This document shows positions 59,460 to 64,000 of a DNA stretch of 64,000 bases, one piece after another (positions within the stretch are counted from its first letter, which is position 1; every line of letters begins with the position of its first letter). Both the position numbers and the translations under genes were made by a program. The notes beneath the pieces are model-generated. The model was not told where the DNA came from and ran no database searches. It saw only the letters and a program-made list of their open reading frames with translations. Origin of the DNA: Syntrophorhabdaceae bacterium (lineage in GTDB: Bacteria; Desulfobacterota; Syntrophorhabdia; Syntrophorhabdales; Syntrophorhabdaceae); the NCBI GenBank assembly GCA_963666485.2, contig CAXXUO010000006.1:32001-96000 (forward strand), written 5' to 3'.

Positions 59460-60437
59460 ATGGGGAGCTTTGAATATTACAGGCCCGCAAGCATCGCCGA
59501 GGCCATTGCCCTGATGGAAGGTTCGGGCGGGAAGGGTGTCTATATTGCCGGCGGAACGGATGTCATGGTCCTTATCCGGCAGAAGAAATTATCGCCCGGA
59601 TGTCTTATTTCGCTGCGCAATATCGGTGATATTACCTATCTCGACACGGCCTCCGGCCTTGCGATCGGAAGCGGGGTCACACACAACGCCATAGCGAAGA
59701 ATGATTACATCCAGAAAAAGTACACCGCGCTCACTGACGCGACAAACAGGGTCGGGTCCCTGCAGATCCGCAATGTCGCGACGATGGGCGGAAATATCTG
59801 CAATGCCGCCCCGTCCGCGGATACGGCATGCCCGCTTCTCGTTCTCGATGCGAACGTCGTCATCGCGGGAAAATCGGGCGAACGCATGGTACCGATCGAC
59901 GACTTCTTCCTCGGGCCCAACAAGGTCGCACTCGAGGCCGGAGAGATCGTAAAAGGATTCGCAATGCCAGCCTTTAACGACAAGACAGGGTCCGCGTACA
60001 TCAAGCACACGCGGCGCCAGGCAATGGACCTGCCGATGCTCGGCGTTGCGGCACGCATAACGATCAGGATCGACGGCAATGAGGTTGGCTGCAGGGATGC
60101 GCTCTGCACGACCGACAGCATCTCCAATGTCCTCAAAAGATTCGAAGATGAAAAGCTTATCTGCGAAGACGTCCGGATCGCCATGGGCGTCGTCGCCCCG
60201 CGTCCCATGCGGGCGAAGAAGGCGGAAGCCGCGCTCAAGGGCAAGGTCATTTCGGAGGCACTCTTCGCGGAGATCGGCGAGATCGCCGCGTCCGAATCCC
60301 AGCCGCGCGACAGCATACGCGGCGAGGCATGGTACCGGCGCGACATGGTCAAAGTACTGACGAAGCGCGCAATATTGAGAGCTGTCGATCGAATTATCAG
60401 GCCCGATGACACGATTTGGCCCGAAAGACTCTGGTAA
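59460..60437 (+). CDS. Xanthine dehydrogenase family FAD-binding subunit
   Basis: IAGGTD, QIRNVATMGGNICNAAPSAD, DSIRG..YRR. Confidence 0.93.
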   Translation: MGSFEYYRPASIAEAIALMEGSGGKGVYIAGGTDVMVLIRQKKLSPGCLISLRNIGDITYLDTASGLAIGSGVTHNAIAKNDYIQKKYTALTDATNRVGSLQIRNVATMGGNICNAAPSADTACPLLVLDANVVIAGKSGERMVPIDDFFLGPNKVALEAGEIVKGFAMPAFNDKTGSAYIKHTRRQAMDLPMLGVAARITIRIDGNEVGCRDALCTTDSISNVLKRFEDEKLICEDVRIAMGVVAPRPMRAKKAEAALKGKVISEALFAEIGEIAASESQPRDSIRGEAWYRRDMVKVLTKRAILRAVDRIIRPDDTIWPERLW

Positions 60438-60447
60438 GGAGGGGAAA

Positions 60448-60915
60448 ATGAAAAAAGAGATCACCTTCACTTTAAATAATGAAAAGACAACCGTGGAAGC
60501 CGATCCCAAATGGACCCTTCTTTATCTCCTGAGGGAAGTCCTCGAAATGACCGGCACCAAGGAAGGCTGCGGCTACGGCGAATGCGGTGCGTGCACGGTC
60601 ATCATCGACGGCCAGTCGGTCAATTCGTGCCTGTACCCGGTCATGGAAGCGGAAGGGAAAAATATAGTCACTATCGAAGGCCTCATGACGAAGACCGGGC
60701 AACTCGACCCCATTCAGAAGGCATTCGTGGATGAAGGAGCGGTGCAGTGCGGATTCTGTATCCCCGGCATGATCATGTCGGCGAAGGCCCTTCTCGATGC
60801 CAAGCCGAAACCCACGGAAGATGAGATCAAGGAGAGCATCGAGGGCAACCTTTGCAGGTGCACCGGCTACGTCAAGATAACCGATGCCATAAAATCCGTT
60901 GCCGGGGGGAGGTAA
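60448..60915 (+). CDS. Xanthine dehydrogenase family [2Fe-2S] subunit
   Basis: GCGYGECGACT..SC; QCGFCIPG; NLCRCTGY. Confidence 0.96.
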   Translation: MKKEITFTLNNEKTTVEADPKWTLLYLLREVLEMTGTKEGCGYGECGACTVIIDGQSVNSCLYPVMEAEGKNIVTIEGLMTKTGQLDPIQKAFVDEGAVQCGFCIPGMIMSAKALLDAKPKPTEDEIKESIEGNLCRCTGYVKITDAIKSVAGGR

Positions 60916-60917
60916 TT

Positions 60918-63203
60918 ATGGACGGGCTGAAATTCGTTGGAAAAAGGATACCCAAGAAGGACGCGCCGCTCAAGGCGACAGGCGAAGCGATCTATATCCA
61001 GGACCTGAAAGTCCCCGGTATGCTGTATGCCAAGATCCTCTACAGCAAATACCCGCATGCGAAGATCGTGAAGCTCGATACCTCGAAAGCGGCTGCCCTG
61101 CCGGGTGTGAAGGCGGTACTCACCGGCGCGGACATCCCGAACAATTTCAAGTTCGGTTTCCTGAAAGACAATCCTCCCCTGAAGTCCGGCAAGGTGCTGT
61201 CCACCCGTGATGAAATAGCGGCCGTGGCGGCGATAAGCCCCGAGATCGCCGAAGAGGCGATCGACCTGATAGAAGTTGAATACGAGGAATTGCCGGGCAT
61301 CTTCGACCCCATCGAGGCGATGAAGGAAGGTGCCGCGCTGCTCCATGAAGAAAACAAATCAAACGTCCTCAAGCTCCCCTGGAAGTTCGTCCACGGGGAT
61401 GTCGAAGCGGCGAAGGCGGAATCGGCTTTCGTTGCAGAGGACTCATTTTCGACGCAGTGGGTCACCCACTGCTGCCTCGGCACGAGCGGATGCGTCGCGT
61501 CGTTCGACGTCGGGAACAATCTGACGATGTACAGCAACACGCAGATCCCGTCGCTTGCCCAGAATGATTTCCTCGAGGCCTTGAAGGCGCTCGGGCTCAA
61601 GAATAAAAGGGTGCGGATCATCCAGACCGTCATCGGCGGGGGTTTCGGAAGCAAGCTCGATACCTATGCGTACGAGTACATTGCGATCTTTCTTGCATTC
61701 AAGACGAGAAAGCCCGTTAAGCTGGTCTTTTCGCGGGAAGAGGAGTTTCTCGCAACGTCACCGCGGCAGCCCACGATAACGAAGATATCGCAGGGGTGCG
61801 ACAAGGACGGAAAGCTCACGTTCCGCGAAATGACAATGGTCCTTGACAACGGCGCGTACACATCGTGGGGCGCAACGACGCCGTCCGTCATGATGGTGCC
61901 GATATCGTCCCTCTACAAGGTGCCGAACATCAAGTACACGGCAAAGTGCGTCTATACGAACAACACATACAGCCAGGCGTTCAGGGGATACGGGAACCCG
62001 CAGGCGACATTCGCGATCGAGTCATGTCTCGACCAGCTCGCGGAAAAGGCCGGGATCGACCCGCTGGAAATCCGGCGGATCAACGCGAACGAACCCGGTG
62101 AGGTGACCCCGCAGAACTTCCGCATCACCTCGTGCGGGATGAAAGACTGCATAGAAGAGGTGAACAAACGGCTTGACTGGAAGGGTAAGCACGGCAAGGG
62201 AGACGGAAGAGGCGTCGGGATGGCGTCCCTCATACACGTCGGCGGTGCGGCACGTGTGTACAAATCCGATGGCTGCGGGACGATCATCAAGGTCGATGAC
62301 AACGGCAAGGTCGATGTTATTACCGGGTCATCCGAGATAGGGCAGGGATCGGACACGATCATCGCCCAGATTGTCGCGGAGGTGCTCGGCATCCCTATGG
62401 ACGATATCAACGTCATCAATAACGATACAGACGTCTGTCCCTGGGATGTCGGCGTTCACGCCAGCAGGACGACGTTCGTTGCAGGCAATTCCGCGCTCGG
62501 TGCGGCGCAGAAGATAAAGGCGCAGATCATGGAGATCGCCGCGAAGAGCCTCGGCGAGGCGGCTGATGCGGTCGATATGAAAGACGGCATCATTTTCTCC
62601 AAAAATGACAAGGAGAAGAACATCCCGCTGAGCAAGGTCCTGCGCAAGGCGCATTACACCCTGGGCGGCAGGATGCTCGTGGCGGAGCATTTCTATGACC
62701 CGCCGAACGAGAATTTCGACCAGACGTTCCGGGGCAACCTGTCCGTCGCGTATGCGTACGGCGCACACGGCGTCGAGGTCGAGGTCGACAGGGAGACGGG
62801 ACAGGTAAAGATACTGAACTATATAGCAGCCCACGATGTCGGCAAGGCGATCAACCCCATGCTCCTCGAAGGCCAGATTTATGGCGGCGGCCTGCAGGGC
62901 GTCGGCTATGCCCTCGGTGAGCGGATGATCTGGGACAAGGGCGTTCTGAAAAACGGCAATTTCCTTGATTACAAGATGCCGACAGTCAAAGACGTCCCGC
63001 CCGTACAGGCAGTTATCGTCGAATCAGACGAGCAGGCGGGCCCCTTCGGGGCAAAAGGCATCGGGGAGCCGGGCCTCGTTCCCACGGCACCTGCACTTGC
63101 GAATGCCATCTATGACGCCGTCGGCGTGCGGATCAAAGACCTGCCCATCACGCCGGAAAAGGTCCTGAGGGCCCTCAAGGAGAAAGAGGGGCAGAAGGCT
63201 TAA
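60918..63203 (+). CDS. Xanthine dehydrogenase family molybdopterin-binding subunit
   Basis: GGGFGSK, AFRGYG, GQGS, ASRTT, GPFGAKGIGEPG. Confidence 0.95.
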   Translation: MDGLKFVGKRIPKKDAPLKATGEAIYIQDLKVPGMLYAKILYSKYPHAKIVKLDTSKAAALPGVKAVLTGADIPNNFKFGFLKDNPPLKSGKVLSTRDEIAAVAAISPEIAEEAIDLIEVEYEELPGIFDPIEAMKEGAALLHEENKSNVLKLPWKFVHGDVEAAKAESAFVAEDSFSTQWVTHCCLGTSGCVASFDVGNNLTMYSNTQIPSLAQNDFLEALKALGLKNKRVRIIQTVIGGGFGSKLDTYAYEYIAIFLAFKTRKPVKLVFSREEEFLATSPRQPTITKISQGCDKDGKLTFREMTMVLDNGAYTSWGATTPSVMMVPISSLYKVPNIKYTAKCVYTNNTYSQAFRGYGNPQATFAIESCLDQLAEKAGIDPLEIRRINANEPGEVTPQNFRITSCGMKDCIEEVNKRLDWKGKHGKGDGRGVGMASLIHVGGAARVYKSDGCGTIIKVDDNGKVDVITGSSEIGQGSDTIIAQIVAEVLGIPMDDINVINNDTDVCPWDVGVHASRTTFVAGNSALGAAQKIKAQIMEIAAKSLGEAADAVDMKDGIIFSKNDKEKNIPLSKVLRKAHYTLGGRMLVAEHFYDPPNENFDQTFRGNLSVAYAYGAHGVEVEVDRETGQVKILNYIAAHDVGKAINPMLLEGQIYGGGLQGVGYALGERMIWDKGVLKNGNFLDYKMPTVKDVPPVQAVIVESDEQAGPFGAKGIGEPGLVPTAPALANAIYDAVGVRIKDLPITPEKVLRALKEKEGQKA

Positions 63204-63216
63204 AAAAGGGGGGAAT

Positions 63217-63636
63217 ATGAAGATCGAAAGGATCGATCACATATGCTTTGCGGTCAGTGACCTCGAGGAGACGAAGCGCGTGTACCGTGAGGATTTCGGT
63301 CTCGTTCCTGCGTGTGAATATACCGCCGAGTCGGAGATGATAAAGGTGTCGCGCTATTACATAGGCGAGGTTGCGGTGGAGTTCATGGAATCGACCTCCC
63401 CCGATGGAGAGGTTGCCAAGTTTATTGAAAAACGCGGTGAAGGTGTTTTCCTCATTTCGTACAAGGTCGACGACCTGCCGAAGGCGATGAGGGAGCTTGA
63501 AGAAAAGAATGTTGAACTCATCGATAAGAAGCCGCGGGAACTGTTCGGGACGCGGTATGCATTCGTGCATCATCCCAACAAGCTTCATGGGGTGTTGACG
63601 GAATTGCTGGATGGGGAGTTTGACATCAATAAATAG
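63217..63636 (+). CDS. VOC-family protein, methylmalonyl-CoA epimerase-like
   Basis: IDHICFAVSDL, EFMES..FIEKRGEG, FVHHP..GVLTEL. Confidence 0.8.
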   Translation: MKIERIDHICFAVSDLEETKRVYREDFGLVPACEYTAESEMIKVSRYYIGEVAVEFMESTSPDGEVAKFIEKRGEGVFLISYKVDDLPKAMRELEEKNVELIDKKPRELFGTRYAFVHHPNKLHGVLTELLDGEFDINK

Positions 63637-63703
63637 GAGCCAATAAAAGACGTGAATGAACTACCACGTCATTAGGAGTCAATAAGACGGGAATGAACTA
63701 CCA

Positions 63704-63930
63704 CGTCATTCCGGCGAAGGCCGGAATCCAGGTTTTTGCTTTTGTTGGAGATGATCAGGACAATGTATAATGTAAGAAAAGTCTATTGTATGTTAGTAAT
63801 ATTAATAAACAAAGGCAACGACAAAGACGCTGGATCCCGGCCTTCGCCGGGATGACGGATGGTGGTGGATCTCGGCTCGGTGGCCGGGACGAGGGATTGT
63901 GGTAGGTCCCGGGTCAAGGCCGGGATGACG
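63704..63930. repeat. REP/MITE-like element (63704-63857) plus extra palindromes (about 63867-63930)
   Basis: CGTCATTCCGGCGAAGGCCGGAATCCAG ... CTGGATCCCGGCCTTCGCCGGGATGACG. Confidence 0.85.
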
Positions 63931-64000
63931 GATAGAGGTAAAGTGGTGTTTGGTAGTGATGTATTCTCAAGATCGTGAAGTTAATAGCTGTAATCACGCT

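Noticed and set aside
59460..63203. 4-hydroxybenzoyl-CoA reductase or aerobic CO dehydrogenase assignment
   Set aside because: The FAD subunit lacks the Hcr [4Fe-4S] insertion, and the large subunit has AFRGYG rather than the CoxL AYRCSFR motif.

Overview
A gene-dense window of moderately high GC from an anaerobic bacterium. The gene content suggests a Deltaproteobacterium/Desulfobacterota, perhaps Syntrophorhabdus-like (inference only). 1-14 kb: RND efflux operon, small exported proteins, a GH63+GH13 pair and a HipBA toxin-antitoxin module. 14-34 kb: ffs (SRP RNA)-dnaX-ybaB-recR, GTP-PEPCK, sirtuin, typA, csp, an MFS transporter and other housekeeping genes. 34-64 kb: a large catabolic region with a divergent SucCD-like ligase, GntR, an AbfD-like flavin/Fe-S enzyme and a TRAP transporter, followed by a co-oriented ~20.6 kb run (CoA-transferase, MeaB, two acyl-CoA dehydrogenases, EtfBA/FixCX, GntR, split B12 mutase, hydantoinase A/B, aryl-CoA ligase, xanthine-dehydrogenase-family Mo enzyme, epimerase). 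Main observations: (1) this run has the enzyme-family content of the anaerobic indoleacetate (iaa) pathway, with extra modules and altered active-site motifs; (2) an unannotated leader peptide with six consecutive Tyr codons and a complete attenuator structure lies upstream of an aminotransferase; (3) dnaX has a +1 frameshift near its 3' end; (4) two dispersed repeat families are present (heptamer arrays that can form intergenic hairpins, and REP/MITE-like palindromes). All functional calls come from motif recognition by eye; no searches were run.
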